64,000 bases of DNA, taken from Ignavibacteriota bacterium (GTDB taxonomy: Bacteria; Bacteroidota; Ignavibacteria; UBA10030). This document shows, one piece after another, positions 1-9,590 of the stretch. The translations under genes were made by a program, and so were the position numbers. Within the stretch, counting starts at the first letter, position 1; each line of letters opens with the position of its first letter. Location: the NCBI GenBank assembly GCA_963778945.1, contig CAVZWL010000005.1:2062-66061 (forward strand). Reading direction: 5' to 3'. Below the pieces are notes generated by a model. It saw nothing but the letters and a program-made list of their open reading frames with translations. It did no database searches and was not told the origin of the DNA.

Positions 1-83
1 GATATCAGCTTATGGAATCTGGCAAATTTAACTGTGCGGAAAAGAAAAGACATGTGGTCAAACCATAAATATACTTACGCACT

Positions 84-172
84 GCCTCCTAAGTAAATTC
101 CTCAAGTTGTAGGAGCGAGCGTAATTGAAAGCGCTGGAATACAATCGAGGCCATTCGCGGCTTAGATGCAGG
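84..172 (+). other. Degenerate attC-like site (integron cassette remnant)
   Basis: GCCTCCTAAG resembles a decayed R'' box (GCCGCCTAAC). CTCAAGTTG and CGCGGCTTAG resemble the L''/L' arms. No intact GTTRRRY follows. Confidence 0.35.
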
Positions 173-381
173 GTGAGGAGTAAAAGATTGGTGTTTGCAG
201 CGACAATAAAATGAAAATCAGCAGTATCACATCCGTCAGGTCGTTGCCGGTTTGTTGTTTTTATCAGAATTTAGGTTATACTTACATTAAAAAAAAACAG
301 AAGAAAGGATTGATAGATCGGACAATTTATATGAATTTCTAAATTATATGTCGAAAATTTTAAAATACAAAGGAGAAAATC

Positions 382-1314
382 ATGACTGCTTCATTCTTTA
401 TCGTTGTGTTTGCCGCTTTAGGAATTGTTCTGCTGACTGTTAAATCACGGAATGTTTCTTATCCCTTTAATTTAAAAAAAATCGGGTATATAAGTCTAGG
501 GTTAGCAGTATTATCCGTGCTTTCTGCATCCTTTACTATTATTGAGCCAGGATATGTTGGAGTTCCTGTTACATTTGGTAACGTTGGATCACAGTCTCTT
601 CCAGCGGGCATTCATCCGATCTTTTTTTTAACGGATGTTTATAAAATGTCTATTCAAACAAAAGACTACACTATGACTTCAGTCCATAACGAAGGCAATA
701 AAGTCGGTGATGATGCAGTTGCCACACTCTCCCGCGATCAACTTATCCTAAAATTTGATGTCAGCGTTTGGTATCATTTAGATCCATCGCAAGCAAATAA
801 TGTTTACAGCAATATCGGGTTAAACTATGAAGAGGTGATTGTAAGGCCGGCTATTAGAACTGCCCTGGTAAATGCTGCCACCAAGTTTGACGCCAGCGAT
901 GTTATGTCTCTCAAGAGAGACGCTTATACGAAGATGGTTACTGAATTATTGTTGCAGGAATTGAACGGAAAAGGCGTATTGCTCGATAATGTCCTTATTC
1001 GAAATGTGGAACCACCGACAACTGTCAGCGATGCCATTGCGGCAAAACTTAAAGCTTCTCAGGAAGCGCAGCAAATGGAGTATACTATTCAGTATGCTCA
1101 AAAGGAGGCGCAACGGAAAGCAATTGAGGCTCAGGGCATTTCAAATGCTCAAAAAATAATTGGCAATGGATTAACTCAGAATTATCTACAATGGTATTAC
1201 ATCTCTCAGCTTAAAGAGGTAGTAAGCAGTCCTAATAATTCAACAATTATTTTGCCCTACGACCAAAAATTGACACCACTTTTAAATATTCAGAACAAGA
1301 AGGAAATGAAGTAA
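382..1314 (+). CDS. SPFH/prohibitin (band 7) membrane protein
   Basis: Two N-terminal TM segments, IIEPGYVGV...FG, IVRPAIRTAL, and coiled-coil EAQRKAIEAQGISNAQKII. RBS AAGGAG upstream. Confidence 0.9.
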   Translation: MTASFFIVVFAALGIVLLTVKSRNVSYPFNLKKIGYISLGLAVLSVLSASFTIIEPGYVGVPVTFGNVGSQSLPAGIHPIFFLTDVYKMSIQTKDYTMTSVHNEGNKVGDDAVATLSRDQLILKFDVSVWYHLDPSQANNVYSNIGLNYEEVIVRPAIRTALVNAATKFDASDVMSLKRDAYTKMVTELLLQELNGKGVLLDNVLIRNVEPPTTVSDAIAAKLKASQEAQQMEYTIQYAQKEAQRKAIEAQGISNAQKIIGNGLTQNYLQWYYISQLKEVVSSPNNSTIILPYDQKLTPLLNIQNKKEMK

Positions 1315-1430
1315 CGCGGTTTGACGTTGACGGAAAAAGAGTGCGTGTGGAAAGCGAATGATAGGCAATCACACGGCGACATTACAATTGGAAAGTTATC
1401 AGCAGCGCAGCTTAGACCCAATCGCTATGC
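1312..1430 (+). other. Degenerate attC-like site
   Basis: TAAC overlaps the upstream stop codon, followed by TTGACGTTGAC ... GCAGCTTAG arms. It ends in GCTATGC, one change from a GTTATGC core. The next gene starts 21 nt later with only an RBS. Confidence 0.5.
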
Positions 1431-1451
1431 GGTTAAATAAGAGGATAATCT

Positions 1452-1832
1452 ATGAAGAAATATTTCAATAAATATTTGGCCCCTGTTCTAATTTCTCTTT
1501 TTGTCTTTGGAATTCCTCTATGGGACAAGTTGATGCCAATGGAGGGTTCAACGCAGGCAATTGAACAGCAATATGGTCATCAGTTTTCATGGTGCGTTGC
1601 TTTTAGTGGTTATTCAAGCTCCAAAGCATCAACATCATGGAGAATGTATATCCTGTTTCCTGCGGTCTTTTCTCATGGAGCGCTCATTGATGTAACCTCT
1701 AGTAATGGAAATTATCCGTCGCTCTCGATTATTGGTTCTGGAGCATTGTTCACTCTACTTATATATTTAAGTATGGTATATGGTTACTTTAAATCAAAGA
1801 GAAGGCAAACGAGTGCCAGTCCTAAAAAATGA
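1452..1832 (+). CDS. Hypothetical membrane protein; its last codons and stop come from a MITE
   Basis: RBS GAGGA, two hydrophobic segments, AT-rich. The C-terminal ASPKK* lies inside the repeat at 1813-1915. Confidence 0.7.
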   Translation: MKKYFNKYLAPVLISLFVFGIPLWDKLMPMEGSTQAIEQQYGHQFSWCVAFSGYSSSKASTSWRMYILFPAVFSHGALIDVTSSNGNYPSLSIIGSGALFTLLIYLSMVYGYFKSKRRQTSASPKK

Positions 1833-1915
1833 TATTGTATTCCATGAGGCATAGTGCCGCGGAAATAATGCACTTCTGCATAGCAAAACACAATATTATT
1901 TAATGGAAGCGGCAC
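1813..1915 (+). mobile_element. MITE family A, copy 1 (~103 bp, ~30-bp imperfect TIRs)
   Basis: GTGCCAGTCCTAAAAAATGATATTGTATT ... AACACAATATTATTTAATGGAAGCGGCAC|TAG. Homologous to the copies at 11758, 22816 and 43019. Confidence 0.8.
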
Positions 1916-2081
1916 TAGCATTCACATATGTCGGTTATCTAAATTAGAAAATATCTATTCAAGATGTTTTCACGGAGAATAAATTAATATGGTAGCGCTT
2001 CTGTGCCGCCTAACCATCCTAAAAATAAAAGAGCCAAACAATCAATGACGGCCAAGCACCAATAAAATACTCAATGTCGAT

Positions 2082-2744
2082 ATGAAAACACTTGTTGCAG
2101 AAATACGTGGCTCACTTGCTTCCATGCCCAAGAAGAATGCACCATCCTTTCGTCTGGTGCGACGTGAGTGGTCTAAGCAACTTACGCATTCTTCTGCTAC
2201 ATCTGTTCTTGCATTGGCGAAACGGTTGGTGCCGCTTGGGTTCTGGGAACGTATCTTCTCCTACGAAATCATTGTTAATCACCAACCTGCTCTCGATGCA
2301 CTAACCAAAAAGGATGTTATCTCCCTTGGGCAAGGTATCCAAAGCTGGGGAGAAGTCGACTGTTTCGCCTGTTATATTGCTGGTCCTGCTTGGCGTCAAC
2401 GTAATATCCCAGACCAACTGATTATGTCTTGGGCTCAATCTCCTAATCGTTGGTGGAGAAGGGCTGCCTTAGTAAGCACAGTTCCACTCAATAATCGTGC
2501 ACGTGGTGGTCAAGGAGATGTTAATCGCACACTCAAGATCTGTCGAATGCTCATCCGCGACCGTGATGATATGGTTATCAAAGCACTTTCATGGGCACTC
2601 AGGGAATTGAGCAAGCGATATCCGGCGCCAGTTAACTCATTCTTAGAACAGTATGATGAACAGCTAGCACCACGCGTCAAGCGGGAGGTAACCAACAAGT
2701 TGAGGACGGGGCTCAAGAATCCTCATCGAGTTTCAGACTCTTAG
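2082..2744 (+). CDS. DNA alkylation repair protein (AlkD-like HEAT-repeat family)
   Basis: SWGEVDCF, WAQSPNRWWRRAALV and DRDDMVIKALSWALRELSK motifs. Confidence 0.85.
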   Translation: MKTLVAEIRGSLASMPKKNAPSFRLVRREWSKQLTHSSATSVLALAKRLVPLGFWERIFSYEIIVNHQPALDALTKKDVISLGQGIQSWGEVDCFACYIAGPAWRQRNIPDQLIMSWAQSPNRWWRRAALVSTVPLNNRARGGQGDVNRTLKICRMLIRDRDDMVIKALSWALRELSKRYPAPVNSFLEQYDEQLAPRVKREVTNKLRTGLKNPHRVSDS

Positions 2745-2986
2745 TTGGTGCGGCCTCCTCAGTAATAAATTTATGTAGAAGCGAGAACAGGAATATTAGT
2801 CGGAGTAAGTAAAAAGCCAAGATCATCGGCAGCGTTCACTTGGCCAAACGAGGATAAAATACTTTACGTTAGGTTGCGCATGAAAAACCACCCCAAAGAT
2901 AAAATCGCAATGATACACACTTCGCTTTTATAGCTTATGATATGCTGAGTGTTACATGTATTCAATTCTTCGTCCACATCAAGCAA

Positions 2987-3979
2987 TCAACTCAAGAGCA
3001 CTTTTTCGTAACGGTCGATCAATGAATCGATCCACTTATTCGTCTCTTCCCTGACAACCATTCTTGCCGGATCCGATTCAAACCAATCGATCGTTCTTTT
3101 GATTCCTTCGCAGAATGGAATCGTTGCAACAAAGTCCGGTACAAATCGCTTGATCTTTGAATTGTCAAAGACGACGGATGTTGCCTTATCGCCGACCAGG
3201 CTTCCGAGCAATTCTTCATTATATTTTGCAAGCGTTTCAGAAGAAATATGGACGATCAGCGCTTTACAGCCGATGGCTTCCGCCAGCGCTTCGTGTATTT
3301 GATTCCATGTAAGCAGTTCATCCGACGTGATGTGAAACGACTGCCCGATCGCCTGCTGGTGACCCATTAATCCTGCGAAACCTTTTGCAAAATCCTCCGC
3401 ATGTGTAATTGTCCAGAGAGATGAGCCGTCTCCATGTACGATGATTTGTTTTCCTTTTTTTATTCTGTCGACGACGGTATATTCGTTCCAGCCGCCGATG
3501 GGAACTGGAATGACGGTATCGTACGTAAGGGAAGGCCTTACAATCGTTACAGGGAAATGATCGTCTCTATAAAAAGCGTTTAATTTCATTTCACATGCGA
3601 TTTTATTGCGGGAATACTGCCAATACGGATTTGCAAGCGGTGTCGACTCTATGACGATCGGATGGGAGAGAGGTCTCTGATATGCCGATGCGGAGCTGAT
3701 AAAAATGTACTGTTTGGTTTTCTCTCGAAATAGTTTGTAATCCCTTTCGATATCTTCTTCCGTATAGGCAATCCAATTGACAACGACATCCCAGAGATGA
3801 CCTTTTAACACGGAAGCAATGCCGGGATCCGTGATATCGCCGATAAGATGTTTTGCGCCGGCAATGCCTGAAGGTCTTTTACCGCGATTAAGGAGATACA
3901 ATTCAATACCGCGGCTGACGGCGAGCTTGCTTACAGATGTGCTTATATTCCCTGTACCGCCGATGAATAATACTTTCAT
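2987..3979 (-). CDS. NAD-dependent epimerase/dehydratase (extended SDR)
   Basis: GGTGNIS Rossmann motif, YIFISSASAY, YSRNK catalytic YxxxK. Confidence 0.9.
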   Translation of the reverse strand: MKVLFIGGTGNISTSVSKLAVSRGIELYLLNRGKRPSGIAGAKHLIGDITDPGIASVLKGHLWDVVVNWIAYTEEDIERDYKLFREKTKQYIFISSASAYQRPLSHPIVIESTPLANPYWQYSRNKIACEMKLNAFYRDDHFPVTIVRPSLTYDTVIPVPIGGWNEYTVVDRIKKGKQIIVHGDGSSLWTITHAEDFAKGFAGLMGHQQAIGQSFHITSDELLTWNQIHEALAEAIGCKALIVHISSETLAKYNEELLGSLVGDKATSVVFDNSKIKRFVPDFVATIPFCEGIKRTIDWFESDPARMVVREETNKWIDSLIDRYEKVLLS

Positions 3980-3981
3980 GA

Positions 3982-4899
3982 CTACACTTTACCTTTCGCT
4001 AAATTATTATTTGTCAGATACGTATAGCTTCCTTGTATCCCGTCAAATATACTTCCGGCGTATTCATCAAACTCGACAATCATCCATTGAATATTTTCCC
4101 CTCCTGCTTTGACAATGGCGGGAAAATCCATCGCGCCGCTTCCGGCTGGAACCATGGCGTACATATGAGCATCCTTCGCTGCAGGACCATCTTTAATGTG
4201 GAGGAACGGAGCACGTTTTCCGAAATCTGCAATCACTTTTGCAGGATTTTGACCTGCAGTTTTAGCCCAATAAGTGTCGATTTCAAAAAATATATCGGGA
4301 TCCAGGTGTTCTAAAAAATAATAGGAAGGATACACGCCGTCGGATTTTTCAAATTCCCACCAGTGATTATGAATTCCAAAATGCAGTCCTTTTTTCTTCA
4401 GCGCTGCGCCGATTTCGTTGTACATATCTGCACGCTGTTTTAATTTATCAATCGTTTTAAAAATTTCCGACGCATGCACAAAAAGATCGGGATCTTCTGT
4501 TGAAAGGCCCTTCGGCCAGCCGGGATAGACGACGGTGGGACATTGATACGCATCCGACATTTTCAATATGTTATCAACTTCGTCCCCGACAGGCAATTCT
4601 GTGTGCATACTGAAGACCGTCAACCCGTTGTCTTTAAAAATCTTAGCCGCTCGCTCAAGTGTAATGCTTAATGGAAGCGGATAGGTCTCAACGCCCAGAT
4701 ATCCCATGCCGGCAATTTTTTTGATAGAGCCCTCCAGGTCTTTTTCAATTTCCCTTCGAACGCTGTACAATTGAAATCCAATATTTGCTGCTGTGCCTTT
4801 TTCCTTAGCATAACCGAGCATGGGAAATGCCAGCGATGCTGCGGCTCCTGTTCCAATGAGCTTTAAAATATCTCTTCGTGTGTAGATAGTAGATTCCAT
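3982..4899 (-). CDS. Tat-exported sugar phosphate isomerase/epimerase (xylose isomerase-like TIM barrel)
   Basis: TRRDILK Tat motif, GFQLYSVR, HNHWWEF, EIDTYW, LHIKDG. Confidence 0.85.
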   Translation of the reverse strand: MESTIYTRRDILKLIGTGAAASLAFPMLGYAKEKGTAANIGFQLYSVRREIEKDLEGSIKKIAGMGYLGVETYPLPLSITLERAAKIFKDNGLTVFSMHTELPVGDEVDNILKMSDAYQCPTVVYPGWPKGLSTEDPDLFVHASEIFKTIDKLKQRADMYNEIGAALKKKGLHFGIHNHWWEFEKSDGVYPSYYFLEHLDPDIFFEIDTYWAKTAGQNPAKVIADFGKRAPFLHIKDGPAAKDAHMYAMVPAGSGAMDFPAIVKAGGENIQWMIVEFDEYAGSIFDGIQGSYTYLTNNNLAKGKV

Positions 4900-4935
4900 A
4901 TGCGTTCCTTTCCGTTGTTTACCATACTTTGTATG

Positions 4936-6466
4936 TTATGGCGCGACTAATCTATAACTTACAAAAGCGAATTGTTTACTGTCCGGAGACCAGGAATGGA
5001 CATTCATGGTCCCCTGGCCGCCGAAGAGCCTGGCAATTACTTTTATCTCCCCGCCCGCTGCGGGCATGCTGCGTATCGTCACGTTTTTATTTGCCGGATG
5101 TCCTTCCACGCTTTTATCATACGAAACGAAAACAATCTGTTTATTGTCGGGAGAAATATGCGCAAACCAGTCGCCGAATTCATCGGCCGGCGTAAATTGG
5201 ATTTGTTCGGTACCATCGGCGTTCATCCGCCAGATTTTCATTTGCCCGGTCCGGATGGAATTAAAGTAAATGTACTTTCCATCGGGTGAATATTCCGGGC
5301 CGTCGTTTAAACCGGGAGCCGAAGTAAGCTGCTTCTCTTCGCCGCCGTCGGCAGAAATGGTATACACGTTAAATTGACCGTTTCGTTCTGCGCAATATGC
5401 AAGGGTTTTATTGTCCGGCGACCATCCATGCCAATACGATGGTCCTTGTTTTGTAATAAGTTTCGGTGTTCCGCCTTGAACAGGTAAAAGGTAGATCAAT
5501 GATTTTCCATCTTCAGCATGATTGCTGACAGCCAGTTGTTTTCCATCCCATGAAATTCCGTGGTCGTTGTTGCACTTTGCTGCAAAATCCGTGTTGATGA
5601 GCTGAGGCATTCCTCCGGTTGCAGGCAATGAATAGATTTTCCCGCCTGAATTATAGATAAACATTTTTCCATCACGGCTCCAGTTGGGCGCTTCAAAATG
5701 TTCTTTCGCCTGACGGATTATTGTACTGTACGCCGGTTTCAAAATCCATCGTTTCCAGAGTGCTTTCGATAACCCGCTTATTATCAGGTACAAGCCCTTT
5801 TAAGGAAAATTGAATATTGGAAAAGACTGCCGTTTCTTTTACTGTGGAATCGTGAGAGCACACGGCAAGTCCTGCATAGAGTGTCCCGCTCAATACAAGA
5901 GTTATGGTCCCAACCGGGTGAACGATTCCATCCCTGCCGGATACGTAAAATGTAAATTGATCGCCGGTTCTATCCAATTGCAGTTTCAGCGCTCCTTTAA
6001 TGGGGAATTGGACTTCGTTCGTTATGTCGCCTTTCGTTTTACGGTACTGCATGGAAAGCAATCCGTCGCCGTGTAGAACGGCATCGATGTACGCATCGTC
6101 CGATTCCAAACCGGTACGGACCATCCAGCCGGCTTTGCGGTGGGGATTGACCCCTTTGCCTTCCCATGCAACGTCGGTCATACAGGAGAGATCGCCGTCG
6201 ATTTTATTCCAGATAAAATAAAATGCATCATTGTTTCCCCAAATGTTTTCTCCGTTTCCGGTCATGCGTATCGTGCCGTTTACAGAATCGAGTTGCACCG
6301 AACCGGGGATAAGAATTCTGCCGACATCGGTTTTGCCGGAAAAGACCGGAACATTACTGAGCGTGTCGACCGAACCAATGCTTATGACAGCAAGCGCCAT
6401 GATAGCAAGCCGGAATAAATGCACAAGTTCGCGTGAAAACTTTATCTGGTGCGAAAAAATATTCAT
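4936..6466 (-). CDS. TolB-like PD40 beta-propeller protein with N-terminal beta-sandwich (one frameshift near 5740)
   Basis: ORFs 5693..6466 and 4936..5793 join at [19 protein letters not shown]. Repeated WSPDG/YSPDG motifs, signal peptide. Confidence 0.85.
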
Positions 6467-7286
6467 TTCATTTTCCTTTCAGCAAAAGACATATTGTCTT
6501 ACGGATAGAAGCTATTTTTAATAATGTTGATCAAATGCAAACATCCTATTTTCTAACATACAAATTATTAAACAATTATTCACGAGTTCCATCTCAAAAG
6601 AGATGTATTTTATGAGACTCCTTAAAATTACAGCGGCTTCGTAGAGTATCGAATCCTGCCGCCGCTTCAAATAAATAAAGTTGTATTGAAATAAATGAAT
6701 CACATTTATGTGATACTAATTTCAAGGGGATTTAAAACTTAGCAAAAAAGCATTTATTTCAAAATACGCTGAGTAGTTACAAAAAAACGAACCAATCGAA
6801 CTCATGCCGCTTATTTCCCCTTTTACAGATGAATTATGAACATTCGATAGCAGACCCAACGGCTGCGAACAATCATCAGCTCTTCATGAGCATAGTGCCG
6901 GTGGATAGGTCAATTGAAAAGAATCTCGAAAAATTTTCGGCAGGCAGTAAAATTTCAAACGATGAGTTCAAATTGCTTTTCGAGCTGTAATAGATTACAT
7001 TGTTCGCAAAATTCGTTTCAAAATAAGGCACATTTCGAAGAAATCAAAGACACTCGTCGGTCTACGATTCATTCCCCAAAGAATATGATCGGAAGGTCAA
7101 AGATGCAGACTATGCGAAATATGCGATAAAGCAGGGGAAAAGGCGATCTGATAAAACAAACCGATAAAGCGATTCTTTTAAGATTTGCTCGGATGCGGGC
7201 TGTATTCAAGTCTTATCTGATTTCAACAGCTTTTATTCCGTTTCGGGAAATAGCCGCATCAATTCTTTCATTCAAAAGGAGGATCT

Positions 7287-8147
7287 ATGATAACCCGTTT
7301 TTGTTTTCTATCCATGATGCTTACATATATCTGTTTTGCTCAGGAAAACCGGCCGACCGCCGCTCAGGTGATTGAGCGGATTAAGCAGAACATCGGCATA
7401 TCCTGGTTTGAACCCACAGTCGACACGTTCAAGGCCGGTGATTCAAGCGATGTCGTTACGGGAATTGCTGTGACTATGATGGCTACGCTTGACGTTCTTC
7501 AACGTGCAGCTGCCGATGGAAATAATCTTATCATTACCCATGAACCTACTTTTTATGGTCACTTCGACGCAACCGCTACCCTGGAAGATATGCATGATCC
7601 TGTATTCGAAGCAAAGCGAGCATTTATCAAGCAGCATCATCTCATCATCTGGCGCTTTCATGACCACTGGCATGCAAGGAAGCCCGACGGTATCCGGACT
7701 GGAATGATCCGCGCTCTTGGCTGGGAGAAGTTCCAGGATGAGGGGAATGGAAGCATTTTCCACATTCCCCGAACGACACTGAAGGAATTAGCAAAAACAT
7801 TGAAACGCCAGCTTGGAATATATGCCATGCGAGTAGTCGGTGATTCTGATGCTAACGTTTCGACATTAGGACTCTGCGAGGGCTTTCCCGGGTTTGAGGC
7901 GAACCGGTACGTTTTCCAACTCAATGGAGTTGAAGTGCTGGTTATCGGCGAAGCTCATGAGTGGGAAACCATAGAGTATGCCGCCGATGCAATCACTGAG
8001 GGCAACAAGAAAGGACTTATCATCTTCGGACACATTCCATCCGAGCAAGCCGGAATGGAAGAGTGTGTTCGTTGGTTCAAAACGTTTATCAAAGATATCC
8101 CGGTCAAGTTTGTTGCAACAAAGGAACCATTCTGGGTGCCCGAATAA
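7287..8147 (+). CDS. Nif3-like dinuclear metal-centre protein with signal peptide
   Basis: VTGIAVT, NLIITHEPTFY, RFHDHWH, GHIPSEQAGM. RBS AGGAGG. Confidence 0.85.
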   Translation: MITRFCFLSMMLTYICFAQENRPTAAQVIERIKQNIGISWFEPTVDTFKAGDSSDVVTGIAVTMMATLDVLQRAAADGNNLIITHEPTFYGHFDATATLEDMHDPVFEAKRAFIKQHHLIIWRFHDHWHARKPDGIRTGMIRALGWEKFQDEGNGSIFHIPRTTLKELAKTLKRQLGIYAMRVVGDSDANVSTLGLCEGFPGFEANRYVFQLNGVEVLVIGEAHEWETIEYAADAITEGNKKGLIIFGHIPSEQAGMEECVRWFKTFIKDIPVKFVATKEPFWVPE

Positions 8148-8347
8148 TCGAAACAGCCGGATATTTTTTCCATTTAAAAAAAACAAAAACTTCCGGCAAT
8201 GGTGATCGGTTATAAAGGGGCCGGAAAAGCACGATTCAACATTGTTTTAACTTTGCCGCTTGAGAAATTCCGCTGCTTCGGTCTTAAGTATGCATTTATT
8301 GCTGCAAATACCAAGCAAATTACGCCATTACCCAATTTTTAGGGTAC

Positions 8348-8376
8348 TTGACAAAAGCTTCATATTTAGATATATT
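8348..8376 (+). promoter_or_regulatory. Sigma70-type promoter
   Basis: TTGACA-N17-TATATT. Confidence 0.7.
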
Positions 8377-8608
8377 CGCATTAGATCGCCGTTCATACAA
8401 GGGGTCATTTTTTAAAAACGAATGAATGTCGTGAATAATAAGAAAATACCTGTCATTTGAGGGTATGTTTCTTTGAGCAAGTGGAATAGTTCTTTGATTT
8501 AAATAAACGCCAGAATGTTTTCCATTATACCGAAAAGCAGTTAGTTTTGTGCCGGCTGTTCAGTTTATATTTTTCACTAAATCATATTTTCTAATGTAGG
8601 AGAAAGAA

Positions 8609-8767
8609 ATGAATCACGCACAAATGATCTTAATGGTTATAGGCGAAATTGTCACACTGGTTTTATTTCTCTATGTTCTCTATCTCTTCGGCGGTATGTA
8701 TCAGCGTGTGAAACATATGTGTGAAAAGGTCGAAATTCTTGAAAAGAAACTGGAGAAAAGCGTTTGA
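8609..8767 (+). CDS. Unannotated 52-aa single-pass membrane protein with C-terminal coiled-coil
   Basis: MNHAQMILMVIGEIVTLVLFLYVLYLFGGMYQRVKHMCEKVEILEKKLEKSV*. AGGAG 6 nt before ATG. Below the 60-aa ORF cutoff. Confidence 0.75.
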   Translation: MNHAQMILMVIGEIVTLVLFLYVLYLFGGMYQRVKHMCEKVEILEKKLEKSV

Positions 8768-8791
8768 GAATATAGTAAAAATCGAGTAAAT

Positions 8792-8973
8792 CCCTTTTTA
8801 GAAAACCCGCTAAAGGCGGTCAGGCGAGCGCTGTTGAATGGCTCTTCAGTAATTTATTTCTAAAAAGGGCTCTTCAATCCACTCGGGAATCGATGCCCTC
8901 ATAAGAGGGCGTTGATAGGCGAGTGATTTATTCCAGATTATTCAGCTTGAATAATCCGCCGACCGGATTGAAG
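8792..8973 (+). ncRNA. Candidate structured RNA (two multi-stem domains)
   Basis: Stems 8792-8804/8857-8869 (13 bp), 8872-8880/8965-8973, 8880-8885/8920-8925, 8889-8900/8905-8916 (2 G-U) and 8936-8944/8948-8956. Confidence 0.5.
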
Positions 8974-9590
8974 CATATATGCGGTCTGCTGCTCTCAAAA
9001 ATCAGTTTTATTCTTTTTTGCACGTCATTCCATTGACTTTGCGTTGTTCTGCCCATTCAAATAATATTCAATCAGATTCTGGTCATCTCGTTCCATCAAT
9101 TTGACAATATACTTTCCTGAACAGATTGTTTTCTGCAGCAGCTGTATTTTGTCGAAAAGACTTTTCAGTTATAAATACATTTGCTGAAATGTGCCGTGAA
9201 GTCGCATGAAAAGGTTTACCTAATCAGGTGATTGACAATTTCCGTCTGTCAAAATATCTTCCCGATGCGCGACTACTGATTTAATCTTGCCATGCGCTGA
9301 TTTGCAGATATCCTCATGAAGAATGTTTACTCGAGCGTATCTGAGTCTCATCATGATATATGAGCGCCCCGGAAGAATGCATGTGCAGCGGATATCTGCA
9401 ATCATAAGAGAATTTAGAAAAAGCCAAAGGGGAAGATGATACAAGCAAATGCGTGAATGTCACACTCACTTGCATCAAATGCTGAAGAGCAAAAATGCCT
9501 TGTGCGGCGAATTCCGGATAGATCGCATTTGTTGATTCGTTGAAAAAAATATTTCGCATCGGTCTAAATAATTACTTTTTATAAAGGGGA

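Noticed and set aside
6470-7280. Short ORFs and a CCCAAC attC-like word in the AT-rich spacer
   Set aside because: No RBS or motif support and no matching R' box. Only a lone MITE-like end near 6660 is credible.
8801-8850. Hammerhead-like words (GAAA..GUC and CUGUUGA on +; CUGAAGA on -)
   Set aside because: The core is incomplete: stem I cannot form on +, and no GAAA follows stem II on -.
9000-9560. Minus-strand ORFs 9220..9444 and 9314..9559
   Set aside because: No recognisable family or RBS; cannot be supported.
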